This document shows positions 1-15,481 of a stretch of DNA of 64,000 nucleotides, in pieces (positions within the stretch are counted from its first letter, which is position 1; every line of letters starts with the position of its first letter). Source of the DNA: Eledone cirrhosa (lineage: Eukaryota); assembly GCA_964016885.1 (NCBI GenBank), contig CAXHJY010001498.1:35907-99906 (forward strand), written 5' to 3'. The notes beneath the pieces are model-generated. The model saw only the letters and a list, made by a program, of their open reading frames with translations. It was not told the DNA's origin and ran no database searches. The position numbers and the translations under genes were made by a program.

Positions 1-73
1 GTCGATTTGGACATTAAATATTAAATGTTGATAGGAGCCACACACAAACAGACACTTAGCCTCACACACATAA

Positions 74-124
<51 letters not shown>

Positions 125-155
125 GAGACACTTAACCTAACACACTTACACATAA

Positions 156-208
<53 letters not shown>

Positions 209-241
209 GAGAGACACTTAACCTCACACACTTACACATAA

Positions 242-272
<31 letters not shown>

Positions 273-313
273 CACACACACAGAGACACTTAACCTCACA
301 CACTTACACATAA

Positions 314-346
<33 letters not shown>

Positions 347-519
347 CACACACACAGATTTTGTGGTGGGACGTGATGTCAGGTTCCGCCTTAGTAAATT
401 AGTTTCGGAGTCCCGGATTACGCGTGAAAAAAAATGAAAAAGATATGATTTGACGGTTACGGTTGGACTAGTTTTGTGCATAAGTTCCTGAGGATCATAT
501 CTGACCAGGGACGAAATCA

Positions 520-1310
520 CCACCACCACCACCACCACCACCAAATCCCCACCATTATCACCACCACGAATTCCCCCACTGGTACCAGCACTACAGGAGT
601 CACCTAGAAAACCAACACCACCCTCACCATCATCACCAAATCCCCACCATTATCTCAACCACCACCACCACCACCATTATCACAACCACGAAATCTCCCA
701 ACACTAAATTCCCCCACCGGTACCACCACCACCACTACAAGTGCCACCTAGAACACCTCCTCCCCCATATTATCTCCACCTCCACCATTACCATCACCAC
801 CAACTCCCCCACCGGTACCACCACCACCACAAGCCCCACCTAGAACCCCCCCCCCCCCCGCCCCATTATCTCCACCTCCACCATTACCATCACCACCAAC
901 TCCCCCACCGGTACCACCACCACCACCACAAGCCCCACCTAGAACCCCCCCCCCCCGCCCCATTATCTCCACCTCCACCATTACCATCACCACCAACTCC
1001 CCCACCGGTACCACCACCACCACAAGCCCCACCTAGAACCCCCCCCCCGCCCCATTATCTCCACCTCCACCATTACCATCACCACCAACTCCCCCACCGG
1101 TACCACCACCACCACTACAAACGCCACCTAGAACATCCCCACCCCCCATTATCTCCACCTCCACCATTACCATTACCACGAACTCCCCCACCGGTACCAC
1201 TACCACTACAAGCCCCACCTAGAACCCCCTCCCCGCCCCATTATCTCCACCATCATCATCACCACGAACTCCCCCACCACCACCACCACAAGCGCCACCT
1301 AGAACACCAA
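520..1310. repeat. C-rich minisatellite, ~90-100 bp unit, ~8 degenerate copies
   Basis: Recurrent CCACCTAGAA...CCCATTATCTCCACCTCCACCATTACCATCACC...CCCCACCGGTACCACC units; explains the Pro/His-rich ORF 741..1406. Confidence 0.85.
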
Positions 1311-2293
1311 CACCACCCTCTCCATTGCAACAAGTTACAATTTCACGGCATCCCACTTAATGCATCATACATTAACAATTTCCCCTCCCTACATACCTTA
1401 CATTAACCCTCCTGGTCATGAATCCACCCACATCCCTCCCTGTCTCTCTCTCCCGCTATCTATCTATCTCTCCCGCTCTCTCTCTCTATCTATCTCTCCC
1501 GCTCTCTCTCTCTCTCTCACTCTCTCTATTCCTAACCATATATCTATCTCTTCTAATCTTTCTATCTATTTATTTGTCTAATATCTATCTATCTATCTAT
1601 CTTTATCAATCTCTCTATGCATCCATCAATCAATCTATCGATCTACCTCTCTCTCCGTATCTATCTATCTCAAACTATATTTCGATCTATCAATCCATCT
1701 ACCTATCTACCTATCTATCTACCTATCTATCTATCTATCTGCTTCGTCTGACGTCATCAATATCGCGAACCTTGTCATCCCAGCTGACACAGACGTCATA
1801 CCCTCACACCAATGGCGTCTCAAGTAACATCTTTCCACATTACTGGTGATATCTTGTCTGAATGTGAAGACTACATTATCGATTCTGTGACTGTGTGTCA
1901 GTGCGTGTCTGTGTAGCGCGTGTGTGTGTGTGTGCATTGGACATCCATCGGTTGTGACGATGAGTATTAACTTTGTTTCGATCAACGGAATAGTCTGTCC
2001 GTAAACATTTAATAGCAAATAGCTGAGCATTCCACAGACACGTGTTTCAAGGAGATTGTGTGTGACATAATGTATGACAAAGCAACGACGGGAATAGAAC
2101 TCAAGAACATTCGGTTTTATAGAGAGAGAGAGGGAGAGAGAGAGAGAGATAGAGAGAGTAGATAGATACGAAAAACAAACAGAGAATACAACAGACGATA
2201 AGGTACAATGATGATATATAGACTCGCATTATATATATATAAAGTACCAGTAATGCACTGGGTAATTGCTGGCCTTGTGCCAAAAGTAGAAAC

Positions 2294-2358
<65 letters not shown>

Positions 2359-2359
<1 letters not shown>

Positions 2360-2513
2360 CGAAGGAAATGTGGTAAGGAACCAGGTGGACCATAACGCAC
2401 CAAAGTACTCAATACTTAGGGTAGTAGAGTGGGTAATAGGAACGAATAAGACCCGACGGCTGAATTAGCCGTCAAACGGCTTGAGCTCAGCCGTCGGGGT
2501 CCTACTCGTTCCT
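2359..2513 (-). mobile_element. Penelope-like/retrozyme-like short element, family A (3' end plus inverted segment), in (TA)n
   Basis: Homologous to 13384-13532, 38104-38243 and 62643-62848; inverted arms AGGAACGAATAAGACCCGACGGCTGA / TCAGCCGTCGGGGTCCTACTCGTTCCT; TA tracts on both sides. Confidence 0.65.
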
Positions 2514-2522
2514 ATATATATA

Positions 2523-2711
2523 TATTTTATAGAAGGAGCTTCTACAGGACTAGTACTGTTTCATTCAGATGAAATCTTCAGGAAGATTTCATCTGAATGA
2601 AACAGTACTAGTCCTGTAGAAGCTCCTTCTATAAAATAAAAAAATTTTACTCTGCCATGTATTGAGTACCTTACTTACTGTGGTTATCCCCGACTCAACC
2701 CGGGACCTACG

Positions 2712-2712
<1 letters not shown>
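2523..2712. mobile_element. Fold-back element, family B: 57-bp perfect palindrome plus 3' tail, in (TA)n
   Basis: Arms 2523-2579 and 2582-2638 with a 2-nt loop; tail homologous to 24585-24660 and 15720-15780. Confidence 0.75.
2539..2585 (-). ncRNA. Minimal type I hammerhead ribozyme motif
   Basis: Minus strand: CTTC-CTGAAGA-T.TTCA.TC.TGAA.T-GAAAC-AGTACTAGTCCT-GTA^GAAG; stem I CTTC/GAAG, near-palindromic stem III, GUA cleavage triplet. Confidence 0.7.
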
Positions 2713-2742
<30 letters not shown>

Positions 2743-3172
2743 TGTGTGTGTGTGTGTGTATATGTATATATATATATTGAATCAGTAACACGAATCCTTT
2801 TTTTCGTAAATGGCCATAACTCTATGCCATAAAGCACGGTGTCTGTTGTCAGACGCTCAAACAATACTACTGGCAATCAATCTACTTAAAAAAATATTAA
2901 TAAATCACTAGAGCGGGAATTGAACCTCCTATGTTGTTGTCCAGTGGCTTTGTTGTCCAGTGTGATATACACACGGCCAACAAACAACGCCTCCCTTAAT
3001 GGATTCTAACCAACTAACAAGCAGAACTACAAAAGAAATATGTGTCTATATTTACACAATGAAAGTAAGAATTAGCTTTGAGCTTTCGCACCAAACACGT
3101 CAGATGAAACGGCTAATGGAAGCTTGCTCCTCTATTACTGTTGGAGCTGGAAGCAGGCTTGTTACATTGTTA

Positions 3173-3945
<773 letters not shown>

Positions 3946-4053
3946 ACGTGTGCGTATAAAGGTGCATGTTTTTATAAATAGATGTAAATAGAGGTCAGTG
4001 TTTAGTATGTGTGTGTGTATACATATACGTATGTATGTATACATATACATATC

Positions 4054-4102
<49 letters not shown>

Positions 4103-4414
4103 CGATGTGTCTAGTTATGTATCTATACATAAATTATCATATATCTAGAGTTGCACTAAATACAATTACAAATGCATATATACATATGTGTGTGTGTGTG
4201 TGTGTGTGTACAGTGTGTTCCCAAAAATGTATACATACGGTGGTGGCGGTGTTGGTGGGGTGGGGGTTACTGTTGAGTTTTTTTTTGGGGGGGGGTTCTT
4301 TTCAACCAATCAATAAGCATTGCTCACGTGACAAACGGCTGGCCAATCAATAAAAGGCTTTGCATGCCGTCTGTAACACGTCATAGCGGCTTGTCACAGC
4401 TGGATCCTAGTTTA

Positions 4415-5420
4415 AGGTGTGGTGTGGTGTGGTGTAGTGTGGTGTGGTGTAGTGTAGTGTAGTGTGGTGTACTGTGTTGAGGTATGATGTGGTGTGGTGT
4501 GGTGTGGTGTGGTGTGGTGTGTGTGGTGTGGTGTGGTGTGGTGTGGTGTGTCGAGGTTTGATGTGGTGTAATGTTTTACAATACTGTTTAGTATAATGAT
4601 GTTGGTGTTGGTGTGGTGTGGTGCGGCTTCGTGTCGTATCGTGGTGTGGTGTCATGTAATGTTTCACAACTTTTTACAATGTTATTTGGCGTAATCACAT
4701 TGGTGGTGTGTTGTGGTGTGGTTGTATGACTGGTGTGTTGTGTAGTGTGGTGTGGTGTGGTGTGGTGTGATATGATGTGTTTTGTTGTAGTCTGGTGTTG
4801 TGTAGTTTGCTGTGATGTGGTGTGGTGTGGTATGGTGTAGTGTGGTGTAGTGTGGTATGGTTAGTGTGTTGTAGTGTGGTGAGGTGTAGTTTGCTGTGGT
4901 GTGTTGTGGTGTGATGTGGTGTGGTGTGTGGTAGTGTAGTGTGGTGTGGTGTGATGTAGTTTGCTGTGGTGTAGTGTGATGTAGTTTGCTGTGGTCTAGT
5001 GTAGTGTAGTGTAGTGTGGTGTGGTGTGGTGTGGTGTGGTGTGGTGTGGTGTGGTGTGGTGTGGTGTGGTGTGGTGTGGTGTGGTGTGGTGTGGTGTGGT
5101 GTGCTGTGGTGTGCTGTGGTGTGCTGTGGTGGTGTGGTGTGCTGTGCTGTGCTGTGCTATGGTGTGGTGTGGTGTGGTGTAGTGTAGTATAGTGTGGTGT
5201 GATGTAGTTTGCTGTGGTGTAGTGTGGTGTGCTGTGCTGTGGTGTGGTGTGGTATAGTTTAGTGTAGTGTGGTGTGAACTAGTGTGGTGTGATGTAGTGT
5301 GATGTGGTGTGGTGTGGTGTAGTGTGTTGTGGTGGTGTGGTGTGGTGTAGTGTAGTGTGTTGTGGTGTGATGTAGTTTGCTGTGGTGTGATGTGGTGTAG
5401 TGTGGTGTATTGTGGTGTGG
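4415..5420. repeat. (GTGTG/GTGTA)n pentanucleotide microsatellite
   Basis: Direct inspection. Confidence 0.95.
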
Positions 5421-5599
5421 AGGTAGTTGGTATTCTGTTCCACCTACAACCCCCTCACTACCCTGGATGGTCACGGGTGGACGGGAAGTGATGAAAAGTA
5501 TCAAATCTGTATATACTGGAGATCGATTTAGTGGCGTTATTGTTTGGAAAACAGGAGAGGAAACGGTGAACGTCTCTGAGGAGGCTGACAACATTAACA

Positions 5600-6490
5600 A
5601 AACCACCACCACTACTATAACCACCACCACCACCATCACAACCACTGCAACCACCACCACCGCCACCATCCTCTTCAACTAACAGACCTCAGTAGACGGC
5701 GACCCCTCCTCTAACACCACAACAACAACCACCATCACCACCACAACAATCACTACAACCACTACTATAACCACTACAACCACTACTATAGCCACCACCA
5801 CCACCACCGCCACAACACCACCACCATCACCACCACAAAAACCACCACTACAACCACTACTATAACCACTACAACCACTACTATAACCACCACCACACCA
5901 CAACAACCACTACTATAACCACAATCACCACCACAACAACCACTACAACCACGACCACTACTATAACCACCACCACTACTATAACCACCATCACCACCAA
6001 AACAACCACTACAACGACCACCACAACAACAACCGCAACTATAACCACCATCACCATCACCACAACAACAACCACTACAGCAACCACCACAACAACAACC
6101 ACTACTATAATGACCATCACTACCACCACAATAACAAACACCAACACCACCACTACCACCACAACAACCACCAACACCACCACGAAGAGATCGCACTAGA
6201 CGGCGACCCTACACTACCACCACCACTACACACCACCAACACCACTATCACCACCACCACCACCAACAACAACAACAGACCACCACCACGAAGAGATCGC
6301 AGTAGACGGCGAGCCTCCACTACCACCACCACAAACACACACCACCAACACCACTATCACCACCAATAACAACAACAACAACAGCAGCACCACACCAACA
6401 ACAACAACAGCAACACCACCAAGAGATCACAGCAGTCTACGACCCTCCACTCCCACCACCACCACACAACACTCTACGACCCTCCTCTAT
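5600..6490. repeat. (CAC/CAA/TAC)n low-complexity tract with recurring GAAGAGATCGCAGTAGACGGCGA motif
   Basis: Trinucleotide repeats; motif variants near 5690, 6184, 6290, 6421. Confidence 0.85.
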
Positions 6491-6663
6491 CAATCACGAC
6501 TAGAAGCCAGTGATGACGTCAGCGTATTTAACAGATGGATGTCAGTTCTAATCCAACTAAAGCCGTCAGACACAATAGGAGAAGGATGTGACACAATGTT
6601 TGGAATGTTCTGGCAATGTGTGTGTAGGTGTTGGTGTGTTTCTGTGTGCTGTGTGTGTGTTTG

Positions 6664-6669
<6 letters not shown>

Positions 6670-6741
<72 letters not shown>

Positions 6742-6782
6742 CATATATATATACATATATATATACATATATATACATATAC

Positions 6783-6815
<33 letters not shown>

Positions 6816-6854
6816 AATACATATATATACATATACATATATATATATATATAA

Positions 6855-6907
<53 letters not shown>

Positions 6908-7187
6908 CATATATATATATACATATATATACATATATATATACATATATATACATATATATATTATATATACATACATATATATATATACATATATATA
7001 CATATATATATACATATATATACATATATATGCATATATATATATATACATATATATACATATATATATATACATATATATACATATATATATATACATA
7101 TATATACATATATATATATACATATATATATATACATATATATATATACATATATAAACATATATATATATATATACATATATATAC

Positions 7188-7220
<33 letters not shown>
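6670..7220. repeat. (TA)n microsatellite with CA interruptions
   Basis: Direct inspection. Confidence 0.95.
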
Positions 7221-7239
7221 AACGTTTGTATATGTATAA

Positions 7240-7615
7240 TAAAGCCAAAACAATGCAGGTATGGACATAGAATAAAGAATGCAAATGCAAAAGATATTGT
7301 TGACAATTAGTCTTTTACCTTAGATTTATTTAAACGTCCTAAATTTTCGAGATAATATCTCTTCTTCAGAGGGAAGTAAATTTGTCAAACCAGTGTTCTA
7401 AATAGCTTGCCAAGCTATTTAGACTTGACAAGCTATTTGACTTGGCAAGCTATTTAGAAGACTGGTTTGACAAATTTACTTCCCTCTGAAGAAGAGATAT
7501 TATCTCGAAAATTTAGGACATTTAAATAAATCTAACGTAAAAGACTAATTGTCAACAATATCTTTTGCATTTGCATTCTTTATTCTATGTCCATACCTGC
7601 ATTGTTTTGGCTTTT
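7240..7615. mobile_element. Fold-back element with ~175-bp arms and a hammerhead-like core in each arm
   Basis: Arms ~7240-7413 and ~7441-7615 with a few mismatches; CTGAAGA-A-GAGATA.T.TATCTC-GAAA at 7486-7510 (+), mirrored at 7346-7369 (-); stems I and III are weak. Confidence 0.7.
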
Positions 7616-7621
7616 TATACC

Positions 7622-10039
<2,418 letters not shown>

Positions 10040-10243
10040 CACTGTTGCAGCATGGAACAACTAATATGAATGGAATGTTCCTTTATATATTTCCTTCACT
10101 CTATCACCATCTCTTCCTCCTTCCCCGCCTCTCTCTCTCTCTCTCTTTCTCTCTTTGTTTCTACTCTCGCCTCTCTCATTGCTTTTTATTTTGCTCCCCT
10201 CCCCCGTCTCTCTGTCAACTTGACACCAGAGCAGCCGTACACG

Positions 10244-10366
<123 letters not shown>

Positions 10367-11314
10367 CAAATCCACACAAACATACACAACACTCATTCAT
10401 GTTCTGCAATTCCTGTGGAGAGATTGTTCACCACTTTTCTCCCCAATATAACACACTCACATTCTAACACACATACACTCCAACACTCACCTACATACAT
10501 ACACTGATACACACACTAACCTTAGCACACAGCCACACACAAACGATGTATCAGTGCCAACACTAAAACAATTTATGACTACATATGCTCCTTCATATTT
10601 CATACCAACACAACATACCACACACAGTTGTCATGACTATAACCACAAACAGCAGCGTTCTTAATACCACCAACACTAATAGGTCGGAAAATCACACATA
10701 AACGCTACTAACAGCAACATTACGACCATAACTCTCAACCAGCATTACCACCACCACATCACCTCCACAATGGCTCCACCATAACCACCATGACACTACG
10801 ACACCGTTATCAACACAACGAAATCCCCCCCCCCATCAGCATAACGACACTACCACCACACCACCCACCACTACCACCACAGCACCACCACGACACTACC
10901 ACCACACCACCACCGCGACACTACCACCACACCACCCACCTCGACACTACCACCACACCACCACCATCACCACCACACCATCACCATCACCACCACCACC
11001 ACACCATCACCACCACCAGAACGACACTACCACCACACCACCACTCGACAGTACCACCGCGACACTACCACCACACCAGCACCTCGACACTACCACCACC
11101 ACACCACCACCACCACACCATCACCACCACACCACGCCACCACCACCATTCTACATGTGAAACAGTCAACAGTTCACATCTGCCACAACTCCAGTCCTAA
11201 CTAATTAATCACACATTCCGCCATCTTAAGTCTTCTAGTCTCATTACAGTCGTTTTCTACATAACACTTTTATACATAACAAACACTCATGTGTTTACTA
11301 TTATTACTGTCATT

Positions 11315-11657
11315 AATTGTTTCTACGTTAGGCACAAGGCCAGCAAATACCCAGTGCATTACTGGTACTTTATTTTATCGACCCCGTAAGGATGAAATAA
11401 TTGTTTCTACTTTAGGCATAAGGCCAGCAATTACCCAGTACATTACTGGTACTTTATCGACCTCCGTAAGGATGAAATAATTGTTTCTACTTTAGGCATA
11501 AGGCCAGCAATTATCCAGTGCATTACTGGTACTTTATTTTATCGACCCCCGTAAGGATGAAAGGCAAAGTCAACCTCGGCGGGATTTGAACTCAGATCGT
11601 AAAGGGACGTAACTATGCTGGAAAGCACGGCGTCCGACCCTCTACCGATACTGCCAA
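11315..11657 (-). mobile_element. tRNA-derived Octopus-type SINE with two extra tandem copies of its 3' ~80 bp
   Basis: Reverse complement of A-box TGGCAGTATCGG and B-box GAGTTCAAATCC; tail repeated at 11315, 11398 and 11479. Confidence 0.85.
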
Positions 11658-11680
11658 CTGTCATTAATATTAGCATTATG

Positions 11681-11870
11681 GTGGATTGGCAGTATCGGTA
11701 GGGGGTCGGACGCCATGCTTTGTAGCATAGAGTTACGGCCCTTTACGGTATGAGTTCAAATCCCGCCGAAGTCAACTTTGTTTTTCATCCTTACGGGGGT
11801 CGATAAAATAAAGTACCAGTAATACACTGACATAATTGCTGGCCTTGTGCCAAACGTAGAAACAATTATT
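11681..11870 (+). mobile_element. tRNA-derived SINE, full length
   Basis: A-box 11687-11698, B-box 11752-11763, body TTTCATCCTTACGGGGGTCGATAAAATAAAGTACCAG, (ATT)n tail. Confidence 0.9.
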
Positions 11871-11914
11871 ATTAACATTATGTTTATTTTATATCTTCAT
11901 TGTTAAATTAGTCT

Positions 11915-12012
11915 TGCCATTGTAGTTTTACTCGACCTTATTGTAAACCCTCCAATGTCCCTGTCTTTGTATTGTCCCCTACATGTCGGCCCTTGTGGCC
12001 AATAAATGAAAT
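11915..12012 (+). mobile_element. 3' UTR fragment of a Tx1/L1-like retrotransposon ending in (ATT)n
   Basis: Aligns by eye with the reverse complement of 18762-18850 (TGTAAAC(T)CCTC...TGTATT(T)GTCCCC...GCCCTTGTGGC); AATAAA before the tail. Confidence 0.55.
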
Positions 12013-12027
12013 TATTATTATTATTAT

Positions 12028-12086
<59 letters not shown>

Positions 12087-12120
12087 AAAGTAGTAGTAGT
12101 AGTAGTAAAAGTAGTAGTAA

Positions 12121-12152
<32 letters not shown>

Positions 12153-12156
12153 ACGG

Positions 12157-12540
12157 AGGTGTATTGGCAGTATCGGTAGAGGGTCGGACACCTTGCTCTG
12201 CAGCAAAAGAGTTACGGCCCTTTACTGTCTGAGTTCAAATCCCGCCGAAGTTAACTTCGTTTTTCATACTTACGGGGTCAATAAAAGTGGGGGTCGTCTT
12301 TCCCCTTCCCCAAAAATTAATCGACTTTCCCCTTCCCCCAAAATTGCTGGCCTTGTGCCTATATAAGAAACCATTATTATATAAAGGGCGGAGGATTGGC
12401 AGTAATCGGTAGAGCGTTGGACAACATGGCGTGCGGCACAGAGTTGGAACCCTTTACATTCTAAGTTTAAAACTCACTGAGGTTAGATTTATCTTTCACC
12501 ACCCCAAATTGCTGGCTTTTTGGCCTAAAATCAGAAAACA
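12157..12540 (+). mobile_element. Two tandem SINE copies (12157-12380; degenerate 12387-12540)
   Basis: A-box/B-box heads and GCTGGCCTTGTGCC 3' ends. Confidence 0.8.
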
Positions 12541-12559
12541 TTCTCACCACCACTACTAC

Positions 12560-12593
<34 letters not shown>

Positions 12594-12598
12594 GGTAA

Positions 12599-12635
<37 letters not shown>

Positions 12636-13221
12636 AGTGGTAGTAGTAGTAGTAGTAGGTGGTAGTGGTAGTAGTAGTAGTAGTGGTGGTTGTGACTGCT
12701 GCTGTTGCTACTACCACTCCTACTACTGTTGCTGTAGCTATTTACAAATTACTGTCACATATATCACAGACATTACCGTAATGACTCTAACGGTACCAAC
12801 AGACAAACAAACACATAAATACAACAAACAAATATATGAATAAATAAATAAAAATATGTCAATAAACAAACAAACAAATAAATATAAACAAACAAACAAA
12901 TAAATATAAACACACAAACAAATAAATATAAACACACAAACAAATAAATATAAACACACAAACAAACAAACATAAATACACAAACAAATAAATATAACTA
13001 TGTCAATAAATAAATAAATAAATAAAATAAATAAATAAATAAATAAGTGTTACGTCAGTGAGGAATTCCAGAAGTAAACTTCCTGATTATAGTGGTGGGG
13101 GGAGTGTTGTGAGGTGGGGGGTGGAGTGAGTGTAGGGGGAGGCATTGTGTAGGAGTGTGTGATTTAGATACATTGGTGACGTATCTGTTACACAGACATA
13201 CAGTGAGACAGAGAGACAGAC

Positions 13222-13262
<41 letters not shown>

Positions 13263-13383
13263 AACAGACATAGAGAGAGACAGATATATATAGAGATAGA
13301 GAGAGAGAGGAAGGGGAGAGACAGAGGGGGAGACAGAGAGAGACAGAGAGACAGAGAGACAGCGAGACAGGGAGAGAGACAGC

Positions 13384-13532
13384 GGAACGAGTAGGACCCC
13401 GACGGCTGAGCTCAATCCGTTTCGGCGGCTAATTCTGTACTAAATGGTTCCTATTACCGACTCTACTACCCTAAGTATTGAGTACTTTGGTGCGTTATGG
13501 TCCACCTGGTTCCTTACCACATTTCCTTCGTT
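13384..13532 (+). mobile_element. Family A short element, inverted 5' part plus 3' end into (TA)n
   Basis: Homology to 2359-2513, 38104-38243, 62643-62848. Confidence 0.7.
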
Positions 13533-13553
13533 ATATATATATATATATATATA

Positions 13554-14005
13554 TTGGTAAACGGAATAGAAAATGCTGACAAATTGTTCACAGTTGAAAA
13601 ATAGTTTAATTAGTAATTGTATGGGTTAGTATTCAGTTGTGGTTTCAAGTTTTTACCGGTTGCGCATTTCTAAATGCTTTTCAAAAATAATTTTGAGATA
13701 GAGCGTCCGTGTTGTTCAGAGCTAACAACACGGACGCTCTATCTCAAAAATAATTTTGAGATAGAGCGTCCGTGTTGTTAGCTCTGAACAACACGGACGC
13801 TCTATCTCAAAATTATTTTTGAAAAGCATTTAGAAATGCGCAACCGGTAAAAACTTGAAACCACAACTGAATACTAACCCATACAATTACTAATACTCTT
13901 TTATTCCTAATTCAACTATTTTTCAACTGTGAACAATTTGTCATCATTTTCTATTCCGTTTACCAATATATAATAACTTGTGGGTTACACCTCTATTCTT
14001 TTAAC
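13554..14005. mobile_element. Fold-back element (~410-bp palindrome) with nested double hairpin and variant hammerhead-like cores
   Basis: Arms 13554-~13750 and ~13754-13966 (one indel); TTGAAAA-GCATTT.AG.AAATGC-GCAAC-CG-GTA^AAAA at 13819-13853 (+), mirrored at 13650-13688 (-). Confidence 0.75.
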
Positions 14006-14029
14006 TATATATATATATATATATATATG

Positions 14030-14347
14030 GAAAGTTATATTTAAATTGTTGGGTTAACAACGAGTAAATATTTATAACTGATATAAAAGCACTCAACAAG
14101 TATTTGGAGTATATTTATGATATTAAATAAATGGAAACTATATTTATAAAACCATATTTATTTCATTATATATATTTCAGGGATATCATATTAACAATAT
14201 GTTATGCCTTCTTCAGACAAAATACACTATAAACAGTCTTATAAATATATGTCTGAAGAAGGCATAACATATTGTTAATATGATAACCCTGAAATATATA
14301 TAATGAAATAAATATGGTTTTATAAATATAGTTTCCATTTATTTAAT

Positions 14348-14353
<6 letters not shown>
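14030..14353. mobile_element. Fold-back element with ~104-bp arms between (TA)n tracts
   Basis: Arms 14116-14219 and 14250-14353. Confidence 0.75.
14159..14224 (-). ncRNA. Type I hammerhead ribozyme motif (AUA site)
   Basis: Minus: TATTTTGT-CTGAAGA-AGG...CATATT.GTT.AATATG...CCT-GAAA-TATAT-ATA^ATGAAATA; 8-bp stem I with 2 G.U pairs. Confidence 0.6.
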
Positions 14354-14398
<45 letters not shown>

Positions 14399-14458
14399 GT
14401 GTGTGTGTGTTTATATAAATGTATAGTATACGAACGTCATCGAATTTATTTGAGTGCG

Positions 14459-14514
<56 letters not shown>

Positions 14515-14750
14515 CATACACGCACGTACGTAGGAATTTTCACACATACACACACACACACTTACACACACACACTATACAACGACACACACATGCCACC
14601 ACAGGCAACTCCCCGTTTGTGTCACCAATTTAAACTCGTTGCCTCCTACACTTGCCTGTCACTCATGTATGGCACACTCCATTTACTGCCGATTGGATTA
14701 CGTCACCTCGTTAACAGCTTCTAAAGCTTTCTACATACACACACACATAT

Positions 14751-14784
<34 letters not shown>

Positions 14785-14920
14785 GCACGCGCACATACAT
14801 ATATATATATACTTGTGTATATATATATATATATACATATAGATATATACATGTGTGCGTGTTTGTGTGTGACGGTTTGTGATGAGAGAGTGTGATTGAG
14901 AATGCGAGAATGAATGAGTG

Positions 14921-15044
<124 letters not shown>

Positions 15045-15360
15045 TGTGTGTGTGTGTGAGTGTGTGTGTATGTGTGAAAGTGTAAATGATGTGTGTTAAT
15101 CCCCTTGGAATCTTAATCTGTTAATATTCCTTCTAAACCCATCCCATTTCCAACAATTTCACTTCGGTGGACTTCTTGACCTCTGACATTTTAAGACATA
15201 CCATTCCACACACACACACACACATACATATACATACACACACACACAAATATACACACACGCATACACACACACACTCACACAGAGACACAGAGAGAGA
15301 AAGAATGTACACAAATCACTCTACACTCACTCAGATTACGTGAATCAAAACACTACTAGC

Positions 15361-15391
<31 letters not shown>

Positions 15392-15416
15392 ATGTTTGTG
15401 TTTGTGTATATATATA

Positions 15417-15478
<62 letters not shown>

Positions 15479-15481
<3 letters not shown>

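Noticed and set aside
485-520. CTGAGGA...GAAA possible hammerhead
   Set aside because: Stem II is not in register with the core and stem I/III are not satisfied.
741-1406. Extensin-like Pro/His ORF
   Set aside because: Minisatellite whose poly-C length changes shift frame between units.
3070-3130. Minus-strand CTGACGT...GAAAGCTC hammerhead-like string
   Set aside because: Core mismatch and very weak stem II; cannot be supported by eye.
11681-11770. tRNA gene
   Set aside because: A and B boxes are too far apart, there is no cloverleaf, and it continues into the SINE body.
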